Shown in pieces: positions 41,295 to 62,755 of a DNA stretch of 64,000 bases (positions within the stretch are counted from its first letter, which is position 1; every line of letters begins with the position of its first letter). The stretch lies in assembly GCF_009914755.1 (NCBI RefSeq), contig NC_060946.1; one strand, 5' to 3'. This DNA comes from the human T2T-CHM13v2.0 reference genome, Homo sapiens. The position numbers were made by a program, and so were the translations under genes. The notes under the pieces are model-generated. The model saw nothing but the letters and a program-made list of their open reading frames with translations, did not search any database and had not been told where the DNA came from.

Positions 41295-42415
41295 TGTGTG
41301 GAAAAACCACCCATCGTGCTTTTTCTATTATCTCACTCAACGACAATCAACAGAGATGTCTTCTGTGACCAAATGTGAGGAGAGGTTTCTCCCTGCCACC
41401 AAGCGGGCAGTCATTTGTGCAAGAGACACCAACTGGGTATCTTCCAATTCAGTTCTGATACTACCTGGAGATAGCATCAAATCTCGCAAGTTGAGGGCTC
41501 AGTCCCCCAAGACTGCCCTCCACCCCTTCGGACACCAGTCACAAGCCTGAGCCTCTGGAACTTCTGATCGATCAGCTTCAAGTTGGGGTTCCCATGACCC
41601 TTCCTTAGGTTTGATTAATTTGCCAGTCGCGGTGGCTCACGCCTGTAATCCTAGCACTTTGGTAGGCCGAGGAGGGTAGATCATCTGAGGTCGGCAGTTC
41701 GAGACCAGCCTGGCCAACATAGCAGAACCCCATCTCTACTAAAAATACAAAAAATTAGCTGGGCATGGTGGTGTGCACCTGTAATCTCAGCTACTCAGGA
41801 GGCTGAGGCACGAGAATCCCTTGAACCCGGAAGGCTGAGGTTGCAATGAGCTGAGATTTTGACACTGCATTCCAGCCTGGGAGACAGAGCAAGACTGTCT
41901 CAAAATTGCTATGGAACAGCTCACAGAACTCAGGGAAACACTCAGGTTTACTGGTTTGTTATGAAAGATATCGCAAAGGACACAGATGAGAAGATGCGTA
42001 GGGTGAGGCGTGGGGGATGCTGTGCAGAGCTTCTGTGCCCTCCCCGGGGTGTACCATTCTCCAGAAACTTCGGCATGTTTGTATTTATCTCTCAGGAAGC
42101 TCTCAGAACCCAGCCCTTTTATGCCTTTTATGGAGACGACTTAAGCATGTAGGCATGCTTAATTAAACCATTGGCCTTTGGTGATCAACGTAATCTTTAG
42201 CCCTCTCTTCCCCAGGTTAGTGGGTGGGGCTGAAAGTTCCAAGGATCTAATCCTGCCTTGGTCTTTCTGGTGATAAGCCCCCTTCTGAAGCTGCCCAGGG
42301 CCTATCTGTGTCAATCAGCTCATTAGCATACAAAATGACAGCACTTTGGAGATTCCAGGGATTCTAGGAGTAGTAAGACGGGAAACAGGATGAAGACCAA
42401 GTAGAGATTTCAACA
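41295..42415. mobile_element. MER21-family LTR interrupted by an Alu (~41625-41905)
   Basis: ctacctggagatagcatca...gagggctcagtcccccaagactgccc...gaacttctga...aagttggggttcccatgacc...acagaactcagggaaacact. Confidence 0.75.
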
Positions 42416-42497
42416 AAATGCAAAGCTGTTGGAGGGGAGACAAGTTCAGATGTGTCAGAAATTTCCCTCTGGTGACTATGTGGGACTAGAGGACTAG

Positions 42498-42892
<395 letters not shown>

Positions 42893-44836
42893 TAAACAGA
42901 TTTAGGAAGAAAAATCTACAGGACTTGTTTGTTGAAGTCTGGGCTTAGGTGAGGGAGAGACAGACTCAGGGATAACTGCACAATGGAACTTCCTGTGGTA
43001 ACCAAAATGTAATGACTGTTGTCCAGTACACACTGGCCGCTTGTGGCCGCCGAACACTGAAAATATGACTAATGTGACGCAGCTGTTTAATTTTATTTAG
43101 CTTTAATTTTAATTAAATCTAGGAAGGATTCCCTATCACACATCTAGGGTGTAGTAGGAAGCACACTGTTCCAGGCTTTGTTCTTTTATTCCATTTAATG
43201 CTTCCAGCAACCTTAGGAGGTATAAGATATTCTTTCCTTTGTAGAAAAAGTAAATAGGCTCAGGAATGAGTCCTTGCCCAGGTAGTAAGGAGTTCAGCCA
43301 GTACTGATTTGTTGGCCAGGCTGTTGCTGCTGTATCCTACCTCCTTCCCCCAAGGAGCCTGCAGCATCTCCTTGTCAGGAAAATGCCGTCCTCTTGAGTT
43401 GGTAGCATTGTTCCTCCATGTGGCCCTCCTTATCTGTTCCCACCCCGCCCCCCAAGCTAACATGGACAGTTGAATGATAAGCACACTGTGCAGGGGCTGG
43501 TCTTTTTCCTGGAGCTGCTCTGCCTGCCGCCTCTTCTATCTGCCTAATGGCAACTCTTTCAACATTTCCGGGGAAGGAGAAACTGTAGAAAACTAAACTG
43601 TGCCTTATTTGTAATGATTTGGTGGTAAAGAGGTAGAAATGAGTGCCTTAAAGTGTTGGGGTCACAGTGGACCAGACAATGCCCAGGCCGGTGGGAAGGG
43701 TATGGGACATGAGCCAGGAGTTACTTTATAGCTTGTTCCCAGCCCCGTGGGGGAAGTTGACAAAGTCACTGTCTCTTAGTCTCAATTTTCACTTCTGAAA
43801 AATTAGGGCATTTGGTTTCATGTAACCTTTAAGATCCTGCCCGCTCTGAAATTCTGTCATTTTACATTTTGTTGGAGGTTTACCTTCTAGAACATGTCTT
43901 ACGTATCCTCTTGAGGTGGGGTAAAGGCAGGTGGGTCCACAAGCCCCTGGCCTCTGTCTTGGCGTGTTTTAACATTGGCTTGTTAAGTAACACGTTTATT
44001 TGAGTTAATGTGTCACATCTGGTGGACAAACTGTATGTAAAATGCTGAATGCTTTAGTGGATGGCAGAGTTCCCAGTAAAATATCAGGTATATTTGTTTG
44101 CCATTTCAAGCTGCACTGATGTTAGGAAGAAAGGCGCAAGAATATATAATACACAACTTGGGGCTGGCCTGTTAGAAGGGTTCACTATCGGCCTTGGCCA
44201 GGCTGTGGGTCATAGGAGTCGCCACCTCATCGGGTTATTGAGGTTAACTGAGATAGTGCGTGTAAAACGCTTAGCATTTTCCCTTGAATCTCTATTAAAG
44301 GCTGAAAAAGTGGCAGTAATTAATGTTGCTCTTTGAATTAATTTGTGACCAAATTAAACTAAATTTGAATTAGATTCTTTTTCTAGTGGTGGGTTTTGCT
44401 GTTTTCCTGGTTTGGGTGTATACGTCCAAGCAGCTCTGTTTGGTGGGACTGGTTTCAGGAATCCAATTAACTTATTTCCATCATTACAAAATAAGGCATT
44501 TTTCCCATTATAATTAAGTTCAACAGAATAAAAAGTAATTGGTTAAGTGGAGTGCGTTCAAATTAAGGGTTCATATTTTCTGTAAATTGAAGAAAATAAC
44601 TCATCCTGAAGATCCCTTATTATTAGTAATGGCTGAGATTAAGTTTTACCAGAACCATGATTACACTGAAATGTAGTTGTGGTGACTGCCTTGGAAGAGT
44701 GGTGCTAGCGTGAGGCGGTTGAGAGTAACAGACACTGTACACTTTATTAAGTGCCTTTCAGATACGCGTCTCCCTTGAATGTCTGCAGCAGCCCCGTCGG
44801 TGATGTGCATGTTGGGATCCCCATTTGGGAGATGGA

Positions 44837-45001
44837 GAAACAGGTTTAGAGAGGTCTACCTGGCTGGGGGAAACAGGTTTAGAGAGGTCTACCTGGCTGG
44901 GGGAAATAGGTTTAGAGAGGTCTACCTGGCTGGGGGAAACAGGTTTAGAGAGGTCTACCTGGCTGGGGGAAACAGGTTTAGAGAGGTCTACCTGGCTGGG
45001 G
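44837..45001 (+). repeat. 33-bp VNTR, 5 copies
   Basis: GAAACAGGTTTAGAGAGGTCTACCTGGCTGGGG starting at 44837, 44870, 44903 (one C>T), 44936 and 44969. Confidence 0.98.
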
Positions 45002-45272
45002 AAAGGGTGGTGTTTCCTTGTCTCCAGATCCTGTGTTTTCTGCACCTTAGTCCTAATGCTGCTTCAGGTGGGGGTGTTGTGGTTTCAAGGCTAAGCCTCT
45101 CCTTTGCAGTTCCAGAAGCTTAATTTTTTGCCCATTTGTGCCTTGTTTCCAGTTCAGGTGACCCTAGTCATGCTAATCAAACTCACCAGAAACCTATCAG
45201 CTAGATCGCAGATGGTTCATTTGTGGTTAGAAATATGACTGTCACATGTGCTTGAAGACTGTTGCTCAGTGA

Positions 45273-50940
<5,668 letters not shown>

Positions 50941-51609
50941 TCTGATTTTGGAAAAATTAAAGAATATGGAGATAGCTTGGTGAAAGAGACCCAGATGGTT
51001 TGGGATTTCTGTTTTTATATAAGGTAAGAATTGGCTTTTTACTTGGATGACTTCTTTAGAGTGGATTTCAGTAAGGCCGAGGGGAGGGCTGGTGCCTTGG
51101 AGCTGGTGCCGATGCTGAGGATGGCCATGCTCCAGTCCAGTGCTCTGCACCTTAGAGCACTCGTTGGCTTCCTCTGCAAAACCGCCTCTGGCTTCGCTTT
51201 GTTGTGCTGCTTGCTGTGTTTTGCTTCTCTGATAAGTCATCTGTGTTCATGTGCACTGGAAATTCTTCTAGAGCAGTGTCCCAAGAGACAGCGAAAACCC
51301 CAGCTCGGAGCCCACAGAGCCCATCCTTCATCTGCTCCTGTGTGTGCGTTTTCCTTCTGTGCTGTCCCGTGTAGAACAGCGAGAGTCCAGCCAGCCTGAT
51401 GAGTCTCATGAGATGAGGAATGGTGGCTTAGGAAGCATTTTGGATGTACGTCATTTGCGTATGACATTTTTCAGATATTATAATTTAAGTAAAGATTGAG
51501 GACCTTTGATTTTAATTCTAGCCTTAACTATCTTCCAGGGTGCAAATAAAAACTTTTACCTGGGAGACAGAAGTCACTTCTGACTAATTTTTCTCTTTAG
51601 AATTCACAG

Positions 51610-51656
51610 ATGGATTCAGTGGAAAAGACAACAAATAGAAGTGAACAAAAATCCAG
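51610..51656 (+). CDS. FAM118A: FAM118A first coding exon (exon starts at 51601)
   Basis: tttttctctttag| acceptor; ATG 51610 gives MDSVEKTTNRSEQKS; donor AG|GTAATT. Confidence 0.95.
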
Positions 51657-52269
51657 GTAATTAAAGGCAACTATACCTTCAAGCAGCTTCATTGACTTCA
51701 TCTAGCGTCTCTCGTGAGTGTGCGCACTCGTTCTTTAGTACCTGCAAGGGCGAAAGTGAAATGGAAACACTGGGGCATGAGAGAACCTCGAGGGCCATTT
51801 TCCACCCTTGGCTTCAATGTAAGGAACGTTCCAGAAGGCAGCTTTCTGCCCAGTCTCCAAACCAAGCAACATGTCATTAGAGGTGTCATGTCTAGAACTG
51901 GGAGTGTCAGGCTTCCTAAGAAAGAATTCTTTGACTACAGATGGACAGCAGCTTGTGTTTGCTATAAAGTGAAGCGCGATAAAGAGGTACTTACTGTTGG
52001 GATTGGTGGGTGGCAGGAAACCAGCATTTGCCAGTAACTGTCTTATCCGTCACTGCAAGCAGGGGTCATTTTGTCATCATCGTTTGTATTCATAACCTGT
52101 GTGCAGCTTCAAAGGAATGATATGTATCACTTAAATTGAGCTTAACACTGGGCAACTTAAAATGCATGAGACACAGCTGTCCCACGTCCTTTAAGGAATA
52201 AGGGTAGAACATGTGAAATAAATACGCAAAGAAGGATACACAGGCCGTCTCCCCACAGCGTCAGAGGGG

Positions 52270-52271
<2 letters not shown>

Positions 52272-52314
<43 letters not shown>
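52272..52314 (+). repeat. (TG)21 microsatellite
   Basis: Perfect run ending about 100 nt upstream of an exon. Confidence 0.98.
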
Positions 52315-52316
<2 letters not shown>

Positions 52317-52412
52317 ACAGCACAAGGCCGGAACTCGCAGACAGTTCCAGACTTTGTGTTTGCAATGTTTCCGCTTTGACTTTCATTCTCTTGCTCCCTT
52401 CTTTTCAAGTAG

Positions 52413-52665
52413 AAAGTTTTTAAAAAGCCTCATCCGGAAACAGCCCCAGGAACTGCTCCTGGTTATCGGGACTGGCGTCAGCGCAGCAGTGGCCCCCGGA
52501 ATCCCTGCCCTTTGCTCGTGGAGAAGCTGCATCGAGGCCGTCATCGAGGCTGCAGAGCAGCTGGAGGTGCTGCACCCCGGAGACGTCGCCGAGTTCCGGA
52601 GGAAAGTGACAAAGGACCGGGACCTGTTGGTTGTCGCCCATGATCTGATCCGGAAGATGTCACCT
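52413..52665 (+). CDS. FAM118A: FAM118A coding exon 2 (Sir2-like GTGVS motif)
   Basis: RKFLKSLIRKQPQELLLVIGTGVSAAVAPG...HDLIRKMSP; donor GTAAGT; phase-compatible with neighbours. Confidence 0.97.
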
Positions 52666-54005
52666 GTAAGTGTCAGACAAGTACCTCTTGGGGACAGCTT
52701 GGTTCTGCAGCAGGTTGGATGAGTCTGTGAACCTAATGTTAAACTCTGCAGGCCTAACTTGTGTTCAGTGCTCAGCAGAGTCGGGCTGATGAGCCAGAAA
52801 TCCTTGAGTCCATCGGGGTGTCGTCTTTTAAAATTGAGGGGATGCCAGCCACAGTGCAGCGTGGGGCTCCTAAAGTAGCTCCTATTAAATGGAGCCTGAC
52901 TGTGTGAGATCGTCTCAGGGAGATTGTCCAGCTGCACTCAGTATGAACTTTGTGATTGTATATTCACTTAGTGAAGGGATATCCCTTAGGCGTGTTTGGT
53001 GTAAGCAGGCCGGCCATATTTCTTCAGATGACAGGTGCTTCCTAGAAAACATCTGAAGATGGGAGAAGTTCCAGCTTCTTTGTCTGCTGCAGAGATGATC
53101 TAGATGATCTAGTTGAGAGGAGAAGCACTGATGATTCAGGAGCTATTCCTGAGCGAGGCCCTGGGGCTGATGGGTCTGGTGCAGGGGAAGGTGCGTGGCA
53201 GGCCATTGTTGTCCCCGTCAGCTATGGCGTGTGGCCATAAAGGCTGGGAAGCTGGACCCTATGGCTGGGGCTCTTGGCAGTCATTGTCTTCTTCTGCTCT
53301 TGTATTTACTGAAGAGGCACAGTCACCATCTGAGAGTCAGGACGGGAGGAGATGTTGGACGTTTGAACAGAGGAGAGAGCACGAAAAAAAGTGAGCTCGT
53401 CACCAAGGAGAGTGGGAGAGTTGAGGTTGGCTGTGAAAGGAGACCTTAAACCACATGGCTTCATGTGAGCACCTTTATAATCCCCACCTAGAGACCCGGG
53501 TGGGCAGCCCAAGGAGAACATGGTGGCCGGGCAGGGCCCCTCTTTGCTGGCTCTGCCACCCTCAACAGGCAGCTTCCGTCGGGTGCCCTGCGGGCAGCTG
53601 TAAATGATGTGCGTGCGCGGGGAGTGCGTGGAGGAGGGAAGTGCGGGGAGGGGAGGAAGTGGGGGGCTTCAAGGGCCACCACTGAAGTCACATACACCGC
53701 TTCTGTTTCATCTCATTGGCCAGAGTTTTAGCTAGGGCTGCACCTAGCAGAGCTTGGGAAATGTTTTTAGTCAGGTGACTCTGCCACTCATGGGTGTTCT
53801 ATTAATAAGGAACACCTTTCATCACAGGCCAGGGGTTGGAAATGTACAGCCTTGGGCCTGTTTTTGCAAATGAGGTTCTGACAGGCGGCCACACCCATTC
53901 ATTTACGTATAGTACGTGGCTGCTTTCATGCCTCCAGGCCCAGGTGAGTAGTTGGAACAGAGACTTTCTGGCCCACAAGGCCTAAAATACTTCCTCTCTG
54001 AGGCA

Positions 54006-56480
<2,475 letters not shown>

Positions 56481-57075
56481 GAAAAAGAAAAAAGAAACAC
56501 TGCCTCCCGCCTCATTGAAGGTGCCACGAAGACACGCTGTTTCATTACCACCGAGAAAGAGAAAACTGGGACTGTGCAGCGCTCAGGGAAAGCCAGAGTC
56601 TTTACTGTGGTCCTCAAGGCCCAGGTCATCTGCTTCTGCTGCCGACTCTTCCCCTCACTCCTCTCCTGCCTCAGTGGCCTCTTGCTGACCTGGGACGTAC
56701 CTGAGCCGTGACCTCAGTGCTGTGGCCCTTGCTCTTCCCTCTGCTTAGAACATTCTCCACGAGCCCTCACCTCCTCAGGCCCCTGTTCAGATGCCCTCTT
56801 CTCAGAGAGGCTTGCCTGGTGTCTTGGTCCTGTCCACCTCCCCTGACAGCGCCTGCCCCCGTCTCTGCCGTGCTTTCCCGTGGCAGCGTCACCGGTGGCG
56901 TGCTACACGTGAGCATCCCCTGTCCCCCTGCTCTGGAGTTGCGGCGCACGCTGTGAAGCCAGATTTTCTTTGTTTTCAGCCGCTGTATCTCTGGCACCCA
57001 GAAAATGGCCTGCTTAGGTGCTCAGTAGTTGTTAAGAGCTGATGTTTTCGTAACTGTCGTTCCACCTTTTTGTAG

Positions 57076-57297
57076 CGCACAGGCGATGCCAAGCCCAGCT
57101 TCTTCCAGGACTGCCTGATGGAGGTGTTTGACGACCTGGAGCAGCACATCCGGAGTCCTCTGGTGCTGCAGTCGATCCTCAGCCTGATGGACAGAGGCGC
57201 CATGGTCCTGACCACCAACTATGACAACCTGCTGGAGGCCTTTGGCCGGCGGCAGAACAAGCCCATGGAGTCCCTGGACTTGAAGGACAAGACCAAG
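57076..57297 (+). CDS. FAM118A: FAM118A coding exon 3 (TTNYDN motif)
   Basis: gtag|CGC acceptor; RTGDAKPSFFQDCLMEVFDD...VLTTNYDNLLEAFG...DKTK; donor GTGTGG. Confidence 0.97.
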
Positions 57298-57704
57298 GTG
57301 TGGGCTGGGGCTGCGGGCAGCCTGCAGGTGTGGGGAGTTCTGTGCCCTGGGAGCTGCTCTCACTTTGTAGCAGTGAATTACTAATAAAGTAGCCAGGCAT
57401 GGTGGCGCCTGCCTGCAGTCCCCGCTACTGGGGAGGCCGAGGTGGGAGGATTGCTTGAGCCCAGGAGTTCCAGACTGAAATGAGCTATGATCATGCCACT
57501 TATTCCAGCCTGGGTGACAGAGTAAGACCCTTTCTCTTAAAAAAAAAAAGTAATAATGGAAAGTGGCACACTGGCAACTTGGGAGGCTGAGGCAGGAGAA
57601 TAGCTGGAACTGGGAGGGAGATGGTTGCAGTGAGCTGAGATCACTGTACTCCAGCCTGGGCAAGAGAGTGAGACCCTGTCTCAAAAAACAAAAGAAAAAA
57701 AAAA

Positions 57705-58068
57705 AGAAATACCTGAGACTGGGTAATATATAAAGAAAAGAGCTGTAATTAGCTCACGGTTCCACAGCTGTCTAGGAAGCATAGCAGCATCTGCTTCCGG
57801 GGAGGCCTCAGGAAGTTTCCAATAGTGGCAGAAGGCAGAGTGGGAGCAGGCATGCCACATGGCAACAGAGAGAGTGGCAGGGGGGTGGTGCCACATGCTT
57901 TTAAATGACCAGATTTCTCAAGAAGTCACTGTCACGAAGATGGCACGAAGCCATGAGGGATGATCCTGCCCCGTGATCCAAGCACCTCCCACCAGGCCCC
58001 ACCTCCAGCACTGGGGATCACAATTCAGCATGAGATTTTCGTGGGGACAAATGTCCAGACTATATCAG
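57705..58068 (-). mobile_element. MST-family MaLR LTR, preceded by Alu monomers (~57385-57700)
   Basis: aaatacctgagactgggtaat...ggaggcctcaggaag...acctcccaccaggccccacctccagcactggggatcacaattcagcatgagattt. Confidence 0.85.
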
Positions 58069-59507
58069 TTAGCATATATTTACAGTTATAAATAACACTA
58101 CAGGGTCCTCATACTTTTATGTCCTGTTTCCAAGATGAATTCCTAGAAGAGTTTTATGGTCAAAAGGTATGAATGTTTTAAAGACTGATGATGTAAATTA
58201 CCAAATTGTTTTCCAGAAGGAGCACCAGTTACACTCCCGGTAGTGGCTGAGTGTGGGAGTATCCATTTCCTGTATCTTGCCAACACATGGTGTTATTAAA
58301 AAACAAAATGAAATACACCTTGTCCATTTGATAGCTGAAATTTTCAACATTGATTTCTTGTGTTACTAAAGGTTGAGCGTAGTTTCATGTGACTCTTGAT
58401 ATTTCTTTTGTGACACACTTGTGACCTTTGTGTGTCTGCTTATGTTATTCATAACTAACACTGCTGCCTGTGTTGTCTGGGCTGCCTTGTGAGGTAAGGC
58501 CCTGGCCCCGCTCTGTGTACAAAGAGACTGAATTACGGGGCACGGGGTAGTGTACACGGGGGCAGGGCCGCCTGAGGGGAGCGGGCAGGGCCAAGGCACC
58601 CACTCCTGCCGGTAGTGCCATGGGGTAGACATCTGCTCTCTGCGTCTGAGCCACATGGTCCCCACTGCTGGGGCTTGCTGTTGGAAACAGACAGCCAGTT
58701 GCATAAACAGAACTGCCAGCTGGCTCACCGCCCAGTGATGGCAGCAGGGCTGTTGGTGTTTGTGTCCATTCCACCTGCTGCTGTGCGGGCTCCGGGGTGA
58801 AGATGACTTGACAGTGACCCGATGGGCATCTTTGTAAGGTCCCGTGTTCTGTATCTTGATAAGGTCCTGCGTTCTGTATCTTGAACTGAAAGGAATGCAC
58901 TTAGCCATTTGATAAATACTTTTCTCCACATACATATGTATATTTTTTTCTGGGTGTGTAGAAGTAATACAGAAATAGCAGTAATTAAAATATAACATAT
59001 AACTTAGAAGTGAAAGTCCCCATAGCCCACCTAAAGTAATCACTCTTAACAGTTTGCTGTAACCTCAAGTGTTAAAGACATTTTCTATGTAACTATCTGT
59101 CTTTAAATAAGTCCTTTTTTTCCACCCTGAGACAGGGTCTCACTTTGTTGCCCAGGCTGGTCTCGAACTCCTGAGCTTCAAGTCTTGGCCTTGGCCTGAG
59201 TAGCTGGGATTATAGGTATGAGCCACCCAGAAGCTCTTTTGCTATCATGGGACCAGCATGACTGGCGCTAACAGCCGATCCTCTCTCAGGTTTTACAGGT
59301 GTGACTGTACCGTCGTAGGACGGGAATAACTAGGGCTCACAACCAAGTTTCTCTTAGGTTTTGAAGGTGTAAGTGTAAAGTGAAGCATCTCTCGATGATT
59401 CTTTCCAAGATAGGTTTAAAAACTATGAATCCATTTTCAGTATTTTCTTCTCTCTGTTTGAAACAGTTTGAGGATGTGTTTCTTTTTCTTGGCTTGATGT
59501 TTGGTAG

Positions 59508-59636
59508 GTCCTTGAATGGGCAAGAGGGCACATGAAGTACGGCGTCCTCCACATTCACGGCCTCTACACGGACCCCTGCGGGGTGGTGCTGGACCCATCG
59601 GGGTATAAAGACGTCACTCAAGACGCAGAAGTCATG
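59508..59636 (+). CDS. FAM118A: FAM118A coding exon 4 (HIHG motif)
   Basis: gtag|GTC acceptor; VLEWARGHMKYGVLHIHGLYTDPCGVVLDPSGYKDVTQDAEVM; donor GTACGG. Confidence 0.97.
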
Positions 59637-61324
59637 GTACGGCCCGTCCTAATTAGCATCGGTGCGTCCTCTCAGGGATTACTGGTGGCCACTGGCCATT
59701 GGCTGCAGTTGAGTGGCTTCCCAGGCTCCAGGCGTCCGTGCCCTTCAGGTCGGCCCTGCACACAGTTGCTGAGGGAGGGGCCACGTCTCTTGTCCTCGTC
59801 TGTGTCTCTGGGGTCCCGCATGGTGCCTCCATGTTGAGTAGATGCTTGGCGAACATTTGTTGGAGGAAGGAATTCATGATTCCTTTCAAAGCAGAGATCT
59901 GCCTGTACCCTCTCTAGGAGCCCTGGCCGTTTGGTGGTTCTCACCTGCCCAGGTATATAGTGAAACTCCTCAGCATGACATATAGGCCCCGTGCAGTCTA
60001 GAATGTTGTCCTTGTTCTTCCAGGCTTCTTCTGGTCTGAAATTCTCTGCTCTCCTTCCTGTAGTTGTAAAGCTTCATTTTTGGCCTGGTATAGTGGCTCA
60101 TGCCTGTAATCTCAGTGCTTTGGCAGGCCAAGGCAGGAGGATTGCTTGAGTCCAGGAGGGAGAGGCTATGGTGAACTGGGATCGCACCACTGCACTCCAG
60201 CCTGGGCAACAGAGCGATACCTCATTTCTAAAAAAATAAATAAATAAAAGTAAATAAAACTTCATTCTCTGTGAGGTTTTTATTTTTCTTCTTCTTAAAT
60301 AGACAGGGTCTTGCTCTGTGGCCCAGGCTGAAGTGCAGTGGCATGATCAAAGCTCACTGCTTCCTTGAACTCCTGGGCCCAAGGATCCTCCTGCCTTAGT
60401 CTCCCGAGTAGCTGGGACTGCAGGTGTGTGCCCCTACTCCCGGCTGTGAGGTCTTCCTGATGCCCTAGAATGCAGTGTGGAAAAGCTGTGCTTCTGGTAA
60501 GCACTGAGAAACTCGGTGTCTGTGGATTTACCCTCAAGCACACAGCTAGGCGCCCTGTTCCTCAGTGCTCATCCCTGGGCCGGTGTCATGCCGTGACAGG
60601 TGTCAGCAGATGAGTGACTGGGCAGATGCTTTTCAGTTGCATCATTAATACTGCTTGGTGATAAGAAATACCTGGGCTGAGACTGAGCCTCTCTGAGATA
60701 TTTGGTTAGCTGAATTGGCGATTCCCTCCTGCCTGCCTGAGTGACCCCATGCAATCTGCTTTCCCTGTGCCCACCTGACCCCGTCAGTCATGGTCACTGA
60801 TCCCCTCAGCTCTCTTGCCCTCATTCGCAAAACCACCCCTGCAAGAATTCCCACATATGGCCCACTGAGATCAACATTAATTTCAGGGTGTTTTATGTGC
60901 ATAATTCTGAACTGAAAACATTTACTGTCCTCATTTTGTGTTTTAATAATTTAAAATCGTACCCAATTTGAGAAGATTTGAGTTGGGTGACTGCACTGGT
61001 GAGTGTGTGGGGTGGGCGATGGGCTGGCCTTGCTGTTAGGGGTGTGGGCACTGCCACCCGCCTCGGCCAAAGACCAGCTACCCTGGCTTAGCTGGGGACA
61101 GGCAGGCTCAGCCCAGCTTTGGTCTTTGCTGCCACAGGCTGCTGCTGGGGGGTGGCCTGAGTGCCATGTCGGGAAGGATACTGTCCTAACTGTGCTCCTC
61201 AGCGTGGCCCTGGGAACGCCTGTCAGGGAGCAGTGATGTAAAAGCACACACATGTGACTTGGTTAGTTGTAAGCTCTTGCTGTCTTTCAAATGAGCACTC
61301 AATTTCTTCATTGGCCTTTTCTAG

Positions 61325-61610
61325 GAAGTCCTCCAGAACTTATACCGCACCAAGTCCTTTCTGTTTGTGGGCTGTGGGGAGACCCTTCATGATCAGATAT
61401 TCCAGGCCCTCTTTCTTTACTCCGTGCCGAATAAGGTGGATTTGGAGCACTACATGCTTGTGCTGAAGGAGAATGAAGACCATTTCTTTAAGCATCAGGC
61501 AGATATGCTTCTGCACGGAATCAAAGTTGTATCCTACGGGGACTGTTTTGACCACTTTCCAGGATATGTGCAAGACCTTGCCACTCAGATCTGCAAACAG
61601 CAAAGCCCAG
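61325..61610 (+). CDS. FAM118A: FAM118A coding exon 5 (FVGCG motif); CDS continues past the window
   Basis: ctag|GAA acceptor; [30 protein letters not shown]...QICKQQSP; donor GTATGG; cumulative CDS 937 nt with no stop yet. Confidence 0.97.
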
Positions 61611-61629
61611 GTATGGGATCTGGCTTCAC

Positions 61630-62755
<1,126 letters not shown>

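Noticed and set aside
44837-45001. 33-bp repeats as a CRISPR array or repeat-protein ORF (GETGLERSTWL)n
   Set aside because: Head-to-tail units with no spacers, in human DNA; frames stay open only because 33 is divisible by 3
58366-59043. 225-aa antisense ORF in a FAM118A intron
   Set aside because: No recognisable homology or exon signals; partly overlaps old repeat sequence
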